From Candidatus Auribacterota bacterium (GTDB lineage Bacteria; Auribacterota; UBA6266): DNA of 32,000 nucleotides. The position numbers were made by a program, and so were the translations under genes. The stretch spans positions 57 through 32,056 of the forward strand of contig JAGLRQ010000040.1 of the NCBI GenBank assembly GCA_023136205.1, given 5' to 3'. How positions within the stretch are numbered: the first letter of the stretch is position 1; each line of letters begins with the position of its first letter. The notes beneath the pieces were generated by a model. The model did no database searches, was not told where the DNA came from, and saw only the letters and a program-made list of their open reading frames with translations. Positions 5,972 to 16,752 of this stretch are shown here, one piece after another.

Positions 5972-8080
5972 ATGAGCAGGAAATCTGAACTGGACCCAGC
6001 AAAAGCGATAACAGAGATTTATGGTGAAAACGTGTTTAGCTTTAAAACAATGCGCAATTATCTTTCGGATAAGGCGATTAACTCTTTGAGAGAAACTATG
6101 GAGAAGGGAAAGTCACTAAATCCGGCCATTGCTGATGAAGTTGCCGATGCCATGAAAAACTGGGCGGTTTCAAAAGGGGCAACCCATTTTACTCATTGGT
6201 TTCAGCCTCTGACCGGGACAACGGCAGAAAAGCATGATTCCTTTATTGCCCCGGATTCTGAGGGAGGGGTAATACTTCAATTTTCAGGTAAAGAATTAAT
6301 TCAGGGAGAGCCCGATGCTTCAAGTTTTCCGTCCGGAGGATTAAGGACTACTTTTGAAGCAAGGGGATACACTGCATGGGACCCGACCAGCCCCGCATTT
6401 ATAAAAGAGGGAGAAAATGGGGCGACTCTCTGCATCCCGACCGTATTTTGCGGGTACCACGGCGATTCTCTGGATAAAAAAACTCCTCTACTGAGGTCTA
6501 TGGAAGCTTTATCAGAGCAGGTGTGCCGCTTAGGCAGGCTGTTTAAAATTAAAGATGGCGGAAGAAAAGCGTATGCGACTCTCGGAGCGGAACAGGAATA
6601 TTTTCTTATAGATAAGGCCTTTTATGAAAGCCGGCTTGACCTTATTCAAACGGGAAGAACAATATTTGGCAAAGCACCGGCAAAACACCAGCAAATGGAA
6701 GATCATTATTTTGGCGCCATTAAAGACAGGGTAATGTCTTTTATGGATGACCTTGACAGAGAATTATGGAAACTCGGGATTCCGTCGAAAACCCGCCATA
6801 ACGAGGTTTGTCCCGGCCAGTTTGAAGTCGCGGCTGTTTATGAAGGATTAAATTTGTCTGTTGACCATAACATGATGCTTATGGAAGTTCTGCGCAAGGT
6901 GGCTGAAGATCATGATTTTGTATGCCTTCTTCATGAAAAGCCGTTTGCCGGCGTTAATGGTTCGGGCAAACACAATAACTGGTCGATAAAAGGCCCGGAT
7001 GGTAAAAACTGGCTGAGCCCGGGGGATAACCCGCATGATAACGCGAAGTTTCTGACGTTGATTTGCGCGCTTATCAAGGCGGTGGATACTCACGCGGAGA
7101 TATTAAGAGCTTCGGTAGCTACCGCGGGTAATGATCACAGGCTTGGAGCTAACGAGGCGCCTCCCGCGATTTTATCAATTTTTCTTGGGGAACAATTAAC
7201 GGGTGTGATCGGCCAGATAGAAAGAGGTGAGACCAAAACTTCCAAGAGCGGCGGTTTTATAAAAATCGGGGTTTCTTCGCTTCCAACCCTTCCGAGAGAC
7301 GCGACCGACAGGAACAGGACATCGCCGTTTGCGTTTACCGGGAATAAGTTTGAGTTCCGCGCGGTAGGCTCAAACCAGAACTGTGCCGGCCCAAACATAG
7401 TATTAAACACGATTGTCGCGGCGGCTATTGATGATATTTGCGCTTCACTTGAAAAAGATGTTTCCGCGAAAAAAGATTTTAACAAATCTTTACAGAAAAT
7501 ACTGCAGAAGATAGTTAAAGAACATAAACGTATTTTATTTAATGGGGATAATTATACTGACGCGTGGCACGCGGAAGCAAAGAAGAGAGGGCTTCCTAAT
7601 CTAAAAACAACGCCTGAATCCTTAAAAATCCTCCTGGACGCGAAAACGGTTAAGCTTTTTGGAAAGTATAAGGTTTTATCAGAGAAAGAGCTTAAGTCCA
7701 GATTTGAGGTTTATCAAAAAGAGTATGATGAAATTATCCAGGTTGAATCGGAAGTAGCGGTAACAATAGCTAAGACACAGGTTATTAACGCGGCTTTGGA
7801 GTACCAGAGTGAATTGGCCGAAACCATCAATGCTGTTTCTAAGATCGACAGGAAAAACGCGTTAAAATCAACAAGGGGCCTGCTTTCTGACGTATGCGCA
7901 AAAACAGAGGGCGCTCTTGTTTCAATAAGCAGGCTTGAGAAAGCCATAAAGAAAGGTTCATCAAAGGAGAAAATCGCGGCCCTGGCGAAACTTCGGGAAT
8001 TTGTCGATGCTCTTGAAGGATTAGTTCCCGATGAAAAGTGGCCGCTCGCGACATATGCTGAAATGATGTTTATGATGTGA
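5972..8080 (+). CDS. glnN: Glutamine synthetase, type III
   Basis: 702 aa, the length class of GSIII. The N-terminus (FSFKTMRNYLS...ATHFTHWFQPLTG) and core (NEVCPGQFE, HEKPFAGVNGSGKHNNWS, RLGANEAPPAI, NRTSPFAFTGNKFEFRAVGS) match the Bacteroides-type GlnN family. SD GGAG upstream. Confidence 0.9.
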   Translation: MSRKSELDPAKAITEIYGENVFSFKTMRNYLSDKAINSLRETMEKGKSLNPAIADEVADAMKNWAVSKGATHFTHWFQPLTGTTAEKHDSFIAPDSEGGVILQFSGKELIQGEPDASSFPSGGLRTTFEARGYTAWDPTSPAFIKEGENGATLCIPTVFCGYHGDSLDKKTPLLRSMEALSEQVCRLGRLFKIKDGGRKAYATLGAEQEYFLIDKAFYESRLDLIQTGRTIFGKAPAKHQQMEDHYFGAIKDRVMSFMDDLDRELWKLGIPSKTRHNEVCPGQFEVAAVYEGLNLSVDHNMMLMEVLRKVAEDHDFVCLLHEKPFAGVNGSGKHNNWSIKGPDGKNWLSPGDNPHDNAKFLTLICALIKAVDTHAEILRASVATAGNDHRLGANEAPPAILSIFLGEQLTGVIGQIERGETKTSKSGGFIKIGVSSLPTLPRDATDRNRTSPFAFTGNKFEFRAVGSNQNCAGPNIVLNTIVAAAIDDICASLEKDVSAKKDFNKSLQKILQKIVKEHKRILFNGDNYTDAWHAEAKKRGLPNLKTTPESLKILLDAKTVKLFGKYKVLSEKELKSRFEVYQKEYDEIIQVESEVAVTIAKTQVINAALEYQSELAETINAVSKIDRKNALKSTRGLLSDVCAKTEGALVSISRLEKAIKKGSSKEKIAALAKLREFVDALEGLVPDEKWPLATYAEMMFMM

Positions 8081-8101
8081 TAAACGCAATAAAGCAGGCA
8101 A

Positions 8102-8136
8102 TTACGGCACCACGTTTAATGGTGCCGTAACTTTTG
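8102..8136 (+). terminator. Hairpin terminator between glnN and gltB
   Basis: 11-bp perfect stem UUACGGCACCA / UGGUGCCGUAA, 7-nt loop, tail CUUUUG. Only about 28 nt separate it from the gltB start, so read-through is probably needed for gltB expression. Confidence 0.6.
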
Positions 8137-8163
8137 TGTAAACGCTAAATAAAAATATTGATC

Positions 8164-11100
8164 ATGGAAGAGAATCAGTTTTTCAAGAAACAGGGGCTTT
8201 ACGATCCGCGGTTTGAGCATGACAGCTGCGGGGTCGGTTTTGTATGCAATGTTAAAGGTGAAAAAACCCATGAAATTATAGTCCAGGGGTTAAAGGTTTT
8301 AAAGCGCCTGTCACACCGCGGCGCGACAGGTTCGGATCCGGAGACCGGGGATGGCGCGGGAATTCTTATACAGATACCGCATGATTTTTTTGCCGGGGAG
8401 TGCGGTGAAATAAAAATAGATTTGCCTCCTCCCGGGAAATACGGGACAGGACTTATCTTTCTTCCTGTTGATAAAAAGGAACGTATTTTCTGCAAAAAGC
8501 TTTTCAGTAAAGCGGTTGAAGAATTGGGACAGAAAGTTCTTGGCTGGAGAGAAGTTCCTGTTAGTGAATCTGTTATAGGAAAAACCGCAAAGGAGATAAG
8601 GCCGGTAATAGAGCAAATATTTATTTCCCGTAACGAAAACATAAAAGATACGCTGGATTTTGAAAGAAAACTTTATTTAATAAGAAAACATGTTGAAAAT
8701 GTTATAAGAAGTTCGAAACTGAAGCAGAAGGCTTTTTTTTATATTACCAATATTTCCTGCCGTACCTTTATCTATAAAGGGCTTCTTATGCCTTCTCAGC
8801 TTGAAAGGTTCTTTCCTGATCTGGGAAATGAAAAGCTCGCAAGTTCGTTGTGTATTGTTCATTCAAGATACAGTACAAATACTTTTCCCTCCTGGGATTT
8901 ATCCCAGCCTTTCAGATTTCTTGCCCACAATGGTGAAATAAATACACTTCGCGGCAATGTTAATTGGATGCGGGCAAAGGAAGGGTTGTTAAACAGCAGT
9001 TATTTTGGGGAAGATGTTGAGAAAATAAAACCTGTAATTGTGCCCGGCGGCAGTGATTCCGCGGCTTTGGACAATGTTCTTGAACTGTTGGTCCTATCAG
9101 GCAGATCTTTGCCGCATGCCATGATGATGTTAATTCCTTCAGCCTGGGAACAGGACGCGTTTATGGACGAGAAGCTTAGGGCTTTTTATCAGTACCATGC
9201 ATGCCTGATGGAGCCATGGGATGGCCCCGCGGCTATTGCTTTTACAGATGGAACTTGTCTGGGCGCGTTTCTTGACAGGAACGGGCTCAGGCCCGCGAGG
9301 TATATTATCACGAAAAATGATTTATTAGTCATGGCTTCAGAGGTTGGTGTTCTTGATATAGATCCCGGTGACATTAAGGTTTCAGGGAGGCTTGAACCCG
9401 GCAAGATGCTTTATGTAGATACCGAAAAAAAGAAAGTAGTGGATAATAAAGAGCTGAAAGAAGAAATTTCTTTAGGGAAACCCTATGATAGCTGGCTTAA
9501 AAAAAATATGGCCAGAATCGAAGATTTGCCTGAACCGATTTATAACAAAAGCGGAAATAAAGATGTTATTCCTCTTCTCAAAGCATTTGGTTATACAAGA
9601 GAAGATTTGAAATTTATCATTAAGCCCATGGCCGAAAATGGGGGAGAAGCCATAGGCTCTATGGGTAATGATACTCCGCACGCGGTTCTGTCCAAGAGGC
9701 CGCAGCTTGTTTATAATTATTTTAAACAATTGTTTGCACAGGTGACAAATCCGCCTATTGACCCTATACGGGAAGAACTTGTCATGAGCCTGGAATGCTA
9801 TATGGGAACGAGAAGGAATCTTCTTGACGAAACACCATTACATTGCGGCAAACTGAAGCTTAAACATCCTATACTTTCAAACGCGGATTTGGAAAAGATC
9901 AGGAAAATTAATCAAAAAGGATTTTGTTCAAAAACAATTTCGATTCTTTTTAAAGCTAAAGATGAAAGCTCTTTTCAAGAAGCTCTTGAGAGAATTTGTC
10001 TTGAAGCTGCCGCGGCTATAGAAGGAAACAATACTTTTATAATTTTAAGTGACAGAGGTGTGAATAAGGATTATGCCGCCATACCGGCATTAATAGCTGT
10101 GGGAGCTGTTCATCAGTACCTGGTCAAGCAAGGATCCCGATCCCAGATTGCCCTAATTGTAGAGAGTGGGGAGCCAAGGGATGTCCATCATTTTTCCCTC
10201 CTGTTCGCGTTTGGCGCGGGCTGTGTTAACCCATATATGGCGTTTGATTCTGTTGAATATATGATTAGGGAAGGTATGCTGGATACCGAAATAGAAATGG
10301 CAAATAAAAATTATATCAACGCGCTTAAGAAAGGTATATTAAAAATTCTTTCAAAAATGGGTATCTCAACTTTACGAAGTTACAGGGGAGCGCAAATATT
10401 TGAAGCACTCGGTTTAAATAAAGAAATTATAGAGAAATGTTTTACCGGGACAGTGTCTCGTATTGAGGGGGCAGGTATGGAGGTAATCGCGAAGGAAACC
10501 TTGATCCGGCACAGAGATGCTTATTGCGTAAGAGGCGAGAATTCTAACCTGCTGCCTGCTGGAGGCGTTTATCAATGGAAGAAAGACGGTGAATTCCACC
10601 TGTGGAATCCGGAAAGCATTGCTGCTCTCCAGGATGCGGCGAAACATGATGATTACGATAAATATGAAGAGTTTTCTTGTTTGATCAATGATCAGTCAAA
10701 CAACCCCGCGACTTTAAGAAGTTTATGGAAATTCAAAAAGGTTAACCCTGTTGCGATAGATGAAGTTGAGTCAATACATAATATTTTTGGCCGGTTTGTT
10801 ACGGGTGCTATGAGCTTTGGCTCAATAAGTAAGGATGCCCATGAAAGTATTGCCCTTGCGATGAACAGGATTGGGGGAAAATCCAACACCGGCGAAGGAG
10901 GGGAGGATCCGTCAAGATTTGTATCTCTGCGCAGCGGACATTCAAAAAGAAGCGCGATAAAACAGGTTGCCTCCGGCAGATTCGGTGTTTCAACAAACTA
11001 TCTGGTTAATGCTGATGAAGTACAGATAAAAATCGCTCAGGGGGCTAAGCCGGGTGAAGGAGGCCAGCTTCCGGGCCATAAGGTTAGTGTGACAATAGCA

Positions 11101-12693
11101 AGCACGAGATATACTACTCCGGGTGTGACACTTATTTCACCACCGCCTCATCATGACATATATTCGATTGAAGATCTTGCACAGCTGATTTTTGATCTGA
11201 AAAATGTAAATCCGAGAGCCCGGATAAGTGTAAAACTTGTGTCTGAAATCGGAGTTGGAACTGTCGCGGCAGGCGTCGCGAAAGGACGCGCGGATATGAT
11301 TCTGATCTCCGGCAGTGATGGCGGGACAGGAGCATCTCCGCGAAGCTCAATAATGCACGCGGGCCTTCCGTGGGAACTTGGCCTGTCAGAAACTCATCAA
11401 ACCCTCGTTTTAAATAATCTTCGCAGCAGAGTAGTTTTGCAGACTGACGGACAAATAAGAACCGGAAGGGATGTTGCTATAGCGGCTCTTCTTGGCGCGG
11501 AGGAGTATGGAATTTGTTCTGCCTGTCTGGTTATTCTTGGTTGTGTGATGTTAAGACATTGCCATTTAAATAACTGTTCTATGGGTGTAGCCACTCAAGA
11601 TCCTATTTTACGGAGCAGGTTTCGCGGAAGGCCGGAATACATTGTTACCTATATGAACTTTGTTGCCCAGGAACTTCGCGAGATCATGGCTTCTCTTGGA
11701 ATAAGAAACCTGGACGACATGATTGGCCGGACGGATTTATTGGAAGTAAACAAAGATATAATTCCATGGAAAGCTTCACAGATTGATTTTTCAAATATTC
11801 TGTATAAACCTGATATTAAAGAGGGAGTAGGTACGTTTTGTAAAAAAAGGCAAAATCATGGTATTGATAATGTTCTTGATCGCAGGCTTATCAAACTGGC
11901 GCGCAGAAGTTTGTTGAACAGGGAACAGATACGCGAAGAGATTAGCATTTGCAATACTGATAGATCTACCGGAGCAATGTTGAGTGGGGAAATTTGCAGG
12001 ATTTACGGCGAAGAAGGTTTCCCGAACGACACTATTTATTTTAAATTCACTGGTGTGGCAGGCCAGAGTTTCGGAGCCTGGCTTACAAAGGGTGTTACTT
12101 TTGAACTGGAAGGTATAACCAATGATTACGTAGGCAAAGGTATTTCAGGAGGGAAGATAATTATTTATCCGGATAGACGTTCTAAATACAAGGCTCACGA
12201 AAATATTATAGTAGGCAATACAAGTTTTTATGGAGCTATAAGCGGTGAGGCATACATAAGAGGTATCGCCGGTGAAAGATTTTGCGTTAGGAATTCGGGA
12301 GTTAATGCTGTTGTTGAGGGTGTTGGGGATCACGGCTGTGAATACATGACGGGTGGGAGAATTGTGATATTGGGAAAAACCGGTAGAAATTTTGCCGCGG
12401 GCATGTCGGGGGGTATCGCGTATGTATTTGATGAAGACAACATGATTGAAAGTAGATGCAATATAAATATGGTTAACATTGATGTGGTTGATGATGAGGA
12501 TGAGGCAGCGATACATGAACTTGTTCATAATCATTATAAATATACTCAAAGCGAAAAGGCAAAAATGATTTTGGGGGATTTTAAGAAGAGTTTGAAAAGT
12601 TTCGTTAAGGTAATTCCCGTTGAGTATAAGCGGATTTTGGAAACTAAAAAAACAGATGAAAAATTGGGGTTAACAGAGATATCCGATGGGTGA
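8164..12693 (+). CDS. gltB: Glutamate synthase large subunit
   Basis: About 1509 aa. Has the N-terminal Ntn amidotransferase Cys (EHDSCGVGFV), FMN/Fe-S central and GXGXG C-terminal domains (GAMSFGSIS, SNTGEGGE, LISPPPHHDIYSIEDL, GGTGASP). The start could alternatively be TTG at 8158. Confidence 0.95.
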   Translation: MEENQFFKKQGLYDPRFEHDSCGVGFVCNVKGEKTHEIIVQGLKVLKRLSHRGATGSDPETGDGAGILIQIPHDFFAGECGEIKIDLPPPGKYGTGLIFLPVDKKERIFCKKLFSKAVEELGQKVLGWREVPVSESVIGKTAKEIRPVIEQIFISRNENIKDTLDFERKLYLIRKHVENVIRSSKLKQKAFFYITNISCRTFIYKGLLMPSQLERFFPDLGNEKLASSLCIVHSRYSTNTFPSWDLSQPFRFLAHNGEINTLRGNVNWMRAKEGLLNSSYFGEDVEKIKPVIVPGGSDSAALDNVLELLVLSGRSLPHAMMMLIPSAWEQDAFMDEKLRAFYQYHACLMEPWDGPAAIAFTDGTCLGAFLDRNGLRPARYIITKNDLLVMASEVGVLDIDPGDIKVSGRLEPGKMLYVDTEKKKVVDNKELKEEISLGKPYDSWLKKNMARIEDLPEPIYNKSGNKDVIPLLKAFGYTREDLKFIIKPMAENGGEAIGSMGNDTPHAVLSKRPQLVYNYFKQLFAQVTNPPIDPIREELVMSLECYMGTRRNLLDETPLHCGKLKLKHPILSNADLEKIRKINQKGFCSKTISILFKAKDESSFQEALERICLEAAAAIEGNNTFIILSDRGVNKDYAAIPALIAVGAVHQYLVKQGSRSQIALIVESGEPRDVHHFSLLFAFGAGCVNPYMAFDSVEYMIREGMLDTEIEMANKNYINALKKGILKILSKMGISTLRSYRGAQIFEALGLNKEIIEKCFTGTVSRIEGAGMEVIAKETLIRHRDAYCVRGENSNLLPAGGVYQWKKDGEFHLWNPESIAALQDAAKHDDYDKYEEFSCLINDQSNNPATLRSLWKFKKVNPVAIDEVESIHNIFGRFVTGAMSFGSISKDAHESIALAMNRIGGKSNTGEGGEDPSRFVSLRSGHSKRSAIKQVASGRFGVSTNYLVNADEVQIKIAQGAKPGEGGQLPGHKVSVTIASTRYTTPGVTLISPPPHHDIYSIEDLAQLIFDLKNVNPRARISVKLVSEIGVGTVAAGVAKGRADMILISGSDGGTGASPRSSIMHAGLPWELGLSETHQTLVLNNLRSRVVLQTDGQIRTGRDVAIAALLGAEEYGICSACLVILGCVMLRHCHLNNCSMGVATQDPILRSRFRGRPEYIVTYMNFVAQELREIMASLGIRNLDDMIGRTDLLEVNKDIIPWKASQIDFSNILYKPDIKEGVGTFCKKRQNHGIDNVLDRRLIKLARRSLLNREQIREEISICNTDRSTGAMLSGEICRIYGEEGFPNDTIYFKFTGVAGQSFGAWLTKGVTFELEGITNDYVGKGISGGKIIIYPDRRSKYKAHENIIVGNTSFYGAISGEAYIRGIAGERFCVRNSGVNAVVEGVGDHGCEYMTGGRIVILGKTGRNFAAGMSGGIAYVFDEDNMIESRCNINMVNIDVVDDEDEAAIHELVHNHYKYTQSEKAKMILGDFKKSLKSFVKVIPVEYKRILETKKTDEKLGLTEISDG

Positions 12694-14107
12694 TCCAAAA
12701 GGGTTTTTAAAAGTTAAACGGCAGGCTTCAGATTTCAGGCCTGTCTGTGAACGTGTTAAAGATTATAAGGAGGTATTTCAAATACCCTCCGATAAGAAAT
12801 CGATGGAACAGGCATCCCGCTGTATGGATTGCGGGACCCCTTTTTGTAATTGGGGTTGTCCTGTCGGAAACTATATCCCGGAATGGAATGATTTTATGTT
12901 CCACGGACATTGGGAAAAGGCATATAGACTTCTTGACGCGATGAACAATTTGCCGGAAATAACCGGGAGAGTTTGCCCGGCCGCGTGTGAATACGCGTGT
13001 GTGCTGGGAGCAAATGATGATCCGGTAACTGTAAGGGAAAACGAGCTTGCGATTATTGAGTATGCTTTTAAAAAAGGATTTGTAAAACATAGAGTATGCG
13101 GATCCAGAACCGGTAAAAGAATTGCTGTTGTGGGTTCAGGCCCGGCAGGAATCTCGAGCGCGGATCAACTTAACAGATATGGCCATAGTGTTGTCGTTTT
13201 TGAAAAAGCTGAAAAGATAGGGGGTATACTAAGATATGGAATTCCTGATTTTAAGCTTGAAAAGTGGATTTTAGACAGACGTATAAACATCTTAAAAAAA
13301 GAAGGAATTAAGTTTATTACCGGTGTTAATGTTGGAATTGATTATGGAGTTCCTAAGCTGCTTAAAGAATTTGATGCTGTTTGTCTTGCCGGTGGTTCCC
13401 GGGTTCCCAGAGATTTAAAGATAGAAGGAAGGGGCCTAAAAGGCATTCATTTCGCGATGGATTATTTGACACAGCAGAATAAAAGGGTTTCAGGGGAAAA
13501 CTTTTCGGAAGATTTAATAGATGCAAAGGGTAGAAAGGTAGTTGTTATTGGCGGCGGGGATACCGGTTCGGATTGTGTTGGAACGGCACATAGGCAGGGA
13601 GCAAATTGTGTTGTTCAGATAGAGATTATGCCAAAGCCGGAGGGGTGCCGTACTGATGACTACCCCTGGCCGTCTTATCCAATGATATTAAAAACGTCCA
13701 CCAGCCATGAAGAAGGGGGAGAAAGGTATTGGTCTCTATTAACTAAAAATTTTACAGGTAAAAATGGCAGGGTTAGCAAGATTATATGCAAGAAGGTTGA
13801 ATTCTCTAAGGCCGATAAAAAAGGCTGTTCATTAATGAAAGAAATACCGGACAGCGAGTTTGAAATTGATGCCGGCCTTGTAATAATTGCCGCGGGTTTC
13901 TTACATGCTTCTCATGGCGGGCTGGTTGATAATCTGGGTGTTGAAAAAGATGAGCGTGGAAATGTAAAAACCAATGAAAATTTTATGACTTCCATAAAAA
14001 ATGTTTTTTCTGCCGGCGATATGAGAAGGGGCCAGTCTCTTGTTGTATGGGCTATTAATGAAGGCAGAAGATGCGCGGAAGCAATTGATAAATTTCTTTT
14101 AGGGTAA
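12686..14107 (+). CDS. gltD: Glutamate synthase small subunit (NAD(P)H-dependent)
   Basis: ATG overlaps the gltB stop (ATGGGTGA). Has the Fe-S Cys clusters (CMDCGTPFC, CPVGN, CPAACEYAC) and dinucleotide folds (VAVVGSGPAG, VVVIGGGDTGSDC). Confidence 0.9.
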   Translation: MGDPKGFLKVKRQASDFRPVCERVKDYKEVFQIPSDKKSMEQASRCMDCGTPFCNWGCPVGNYIPEWNDFMFHGHWEKAYRLLDAMNNLPEITGRVCPAACEYACVLGANDDPVTVRENELAIIEYAFKKGFVKHRVCGSRTGKRIAVVGSGPAGISSADQLNRYGHSVVVFEKAEKIGGILRYGIPDFKLEKWILDRRINILKKEGIKFITGVNVGIDYGVPKLLKEFDAVCLAGGSRVPRDLKIEGRGLKGIHFAMDYLTQQNKRVSGENFSEDLIDAKGRKVVVIGGGDTGSDCVGTAHRQGANCVVQIEIMPKPEGCRTDDYPWPSYPMILKTSTSHEEGGERYWSLLTKNFTGKNGRVSKIICKKVEFSKADKKGCSLMKEIPDSEFEIDAGLVIIAAGFLHASHGGLVDNLGVEKDERGNVKTNENFMTSIKNVFSAGDMRRGQSLVVWAINEGRRCAEAIDKFLLG

Positions 14108-14118
14108 GGTGTGTTTAT

Positions 14119-16734
14119 ATGGATGAGAACTTTAGTACAGGACTTCCGGATTTGGATAGTATTTTACGGGGGATATGTCCGGGTGATAATGTCGTTTTCC
14201 AGGTAGATACTGTAGGGGATTATATTCCATTTGTCCATCCTTTCTGCGAAAAGGCTCATATGCAGGGCCGGGATCTAATTTATTTTCGCTTTGCCGATCA
14301 CGAGTATCTTATTCCTAAGGGTGTTTCTGCTCATGTTTATGAAATTCATCCGGAGGCCGGCTTTGAAAAATTTATTGCCGAAATTTTTGATGTTATTGAA
14401 AAATTCGGTTATGGCGCCTGTTATGTTTTTGATTCTCTTTCCGAGCTTGCGGTTGACTGGTACAGTGACCGTATGCTGGGAAACTTCTTTATGCTTACGT
14501 GTCCTTATCTATATACCTTTGATACGGTCGCGTATTTCGGGCTTTTAAGGAATCATCATTCTTCATATGCCGTTGATGCCATACACAGCACCGCGCAGGT
14601 GGTTCTTGATATTTATCGTAGAAAAAGCGAATTTTATGTCTATCCTCTTAAAGTATATGAGCGGCATTCTAAAACAATGTATATGCCTCATAAGTGGGAT
14701 GGTGACAGGTTTATTCCGGAAGTAAGGAGCGCGGCAATCGCGGAGATACTCGGGTCAGTTTCCCACCCGTGGCTTGATTTTACGATAAACCGTTATGATA
14801 TCTGGGCCCGAAGCTTTACAGAAGCGCAGGAGATTGTTGACTCGGGCGCTAACGAAAAGCCGAAAGACTCGAGACAAAAAACCCTGTTTAGCCGCCTTAT
14901 CCGAATGGTGGTTTCAAGAGACCCGCGGGTTCTGTCTCTTATAGAGAAATATTTTAACCTGAAAGATGTGGTTAATATAGGAAAACGGATGATAGGTACA
15001 GGCCTGATCGGCGGCAAATCTCTCGGGATGCTGCTTGCGCGGTCTATAGTGAAGAATCAAGATAAAGATTTACATGACAAACTTGAATATCACGATTCGT
15101 TTTTTATCGGGTCGGATGTATTTTATACGTATATTATTGAAAACGGCTGCTGGTGGGCAAGGCGCGGAATAAAAAGAGAGGGTACATCCTTTAATGGGTT
15201 TATGGAAGTCAGACAACGTATGCTTTCCGGTAAGTTCCCGGACTACATTAAAAATCAATTTATTGAGATGCTCGATTATTTTGGGCAGTCTCCCATTATA
15301 GTCAGGTCTTCAAGCCTTCTTGAGGATGCGTATGGAAACGCTTTTTCCGGAAAGTACGAGAGTGTTTTTTGCGCGAATCAGGGAACACCCGAAGAACGTC
15401 TGGAGAAATTTATAGAAGCTGTTAGAATAGTCTATACGAGCACAATGAGCAAAGAGGCGATAGCTTACCGGGCGCGCTGGAACCTGCTGGATCGAGATGA
15501 ACAAATGGCTATTTTAGTACAGAGGGTTTCTGGCTCTATATATGGGGATCAGTATTTTCCTCAGGTTGCGGGTGTTGGGTTTTCATTTAATCCCTATGTA
15601 TGGAGCAATGAAATTAAACCGGAAGAAGGAATGATCCGTCTGGTTTTTGGTTTGGGGACCCGGGCTGTTGACAGAAGCGGCGATGATTATACACGGCTGG
15701 TGGCTTTAAATTCGCCGGACAGACGCCCGGAAGGAAGCCTTGCGGATGTTAGAAAATACTCTCAGCATCGTGTGGATGTTCTTGACTTACATGATAACCG
15801 TTATGTAACGAAAGATTTTGAGGAGGTAGTGCGGGGAGCTCCTGAATTTGACCCTAAGATGTTTGCTTCCCGCGATAAGGAAGTTGAAAGGAAAGCCAGA
15901 GAATACGGAACAAAAAATGTGTTCTCATGGGTTTTGACTTTTGACGAGCTTTTATCAGGCACAGGGTTTGTCGGGGATATGGGGAAAATGCTTAAGATTC
16001 TTCAAAAAGCTTATAATCATCCCGTGGATGTGGAATTCACGGCGAATTTTCTGGACGGTTGGCAGGATTATAATATAAACCTGCTTCAATGCAGGCCGTT
16101 TCAGATAAAAGGAAATCTGCGGAAAGTCAAGGCCCCGGTATCTATAAAGGACGAGCAGGTATTGCTGAAAACAAGAGGGCCGATTATCGGCAGCAGTATT
16201 TCTACGACAGTTGACAGAATTATTTATGTTGTTCCTGAAGTTTATAGTAAAATGAAGATAACAGACAGATATTCCGTTGCTCGTTTAATCGGACGAATTA
16301 CCCATCTCAAAGACAAGGGGAAAATACCCAAAATTATGCTTATCGGCCCGGGGAGGTGGGGAACCACCACGCCTTCTTTAGGTGTGCCCGTTTCATTTGC
16401 GGAGATAGATACCGTTTCTGTTATATGTGAAGTCGCGGCTATGGATGAAAACCTGATTCCGGATATATCTCTGGGAACGCATTTTTTTAATGACCTTGTT
16501 GAGGTAGATATGTTATATCTTGCTGTTTTTCCGGATAAAAAAGACAGCGCGATAAACAGATGTTTTTTTAATAACACTAAAAATAAGCTGGCTTCTTTGA
16601 TACCTGTTGAAAAATTATTTTCTCAGGCTGTAAAAGTAATAGATTCCGACAGTATTGAATCAGGCCGGCCGATGTGCCTGAACGCGGATGTCCTTGAACA
16701 AAAAGGAATCTGCTATCTAGATGTTAAAAAATAA
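14119..16734 (+). CDS. PEP/pyruvate-binding (PPDK_N ATP-grasp) domain protein with a degenerate KaiC/RecA-like N-terminal domain
   Basis: Starts 11 nt after gltD. The N-terminus GLPDLDSILRGICPGDNVVF...YVFDSLSEL resembles KaiC/RadA-like ATPases but lacks a GKT/S Walker A. The centre (IIVRSSSLLEDAYGNAFSGKYESVF, AILVQR, GVGFSFNP, VFGLGTRAVD) matches the nucleotide-binding domain of pyruvate-phosphate/water dikinases. No phospho-His swivel motif was seen. Confidence 0.7.
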   Translation: MDENFSTGLPDLDSILRGICPGDNVVFQVDTVGDYIPFVHPFCEKAHMQGRDLIYFRFADHEYLIPKGVSAHVYEIHPEAGFEKFIAEIFDVIEKFGYGACYVFDSLSELAVDWYSDRMLGNFFMLTCPYLYTFDTVAYFGLLRNHHSSYAVDAIHSTAQVVLDIYRRKSEFYVYPLKVYERHSKTMYMPHKWDGDRFIPEVRSAAIAEILGSVSHPWLDFTINRYDIWARSFTEAQEIVDSGANEKPKDSRQKTLFSRLIRMVVSRDPRVLSLIEKYFNLKDVVNIGKRMIGTGLIGGKSLGMLLARSIVKNQDKDLHDKLEYHDSFFIGSDVFYTYIIENGCWWARRGIKREGTSFNGFMEVRQRMLSGKFPDYIKNQFIEMLDYFGQSPIIVRSSSLLEDAYGNAFSGKYESVFCANQGTPEERLEKFIEAVRIVYTSTMSKEAIAYRARWNLLDRDEQMAILVQRVSGSIYGDQYFPQVAGVGFSFNPYVWSNEIKPEEGMIRLVFGLGTRAVDRSGDDYTRLVALNSPDRRPEGSLADVRKYSQHRVDVLDLHDNRYVTKDFEEVVRGAPEFDPKMFASRDKEVERKAREYGTKNVFSWVLTFDELLSGTGFVGDMGKMLKILQKAYNHPVDVEFTANFLDGWQDYNINLLQCRPFQIKGNLRKVKAPVSIKDEQVLLKTRGPIIGSSISTTVDRIIYVVPEVYSKMKITDRYSVARLIGRITHLKDKGKIPKIMLIGPGRWGTTTPSLGVPVSFAEIDTVSVICEVAAMDENLIPDISLGTHFFNDLVEVDMLYLAVFPDKKDSAINRCFFNNTKNKLASLIPVEKLFSQAVKVIDSDSIESGRPMCLNADVLEQKGICYLDVKK

Positions 16735-16752
16735 TATTTTGGGGATTTTGAT

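Noticed and set aside
8158-8163. TTG start for gltB as given by the ORF track
   Set aside because: An in-frame ATG follows two codons later, and neither candidate has an SD. The ATG was chosen but the call is uncertain.
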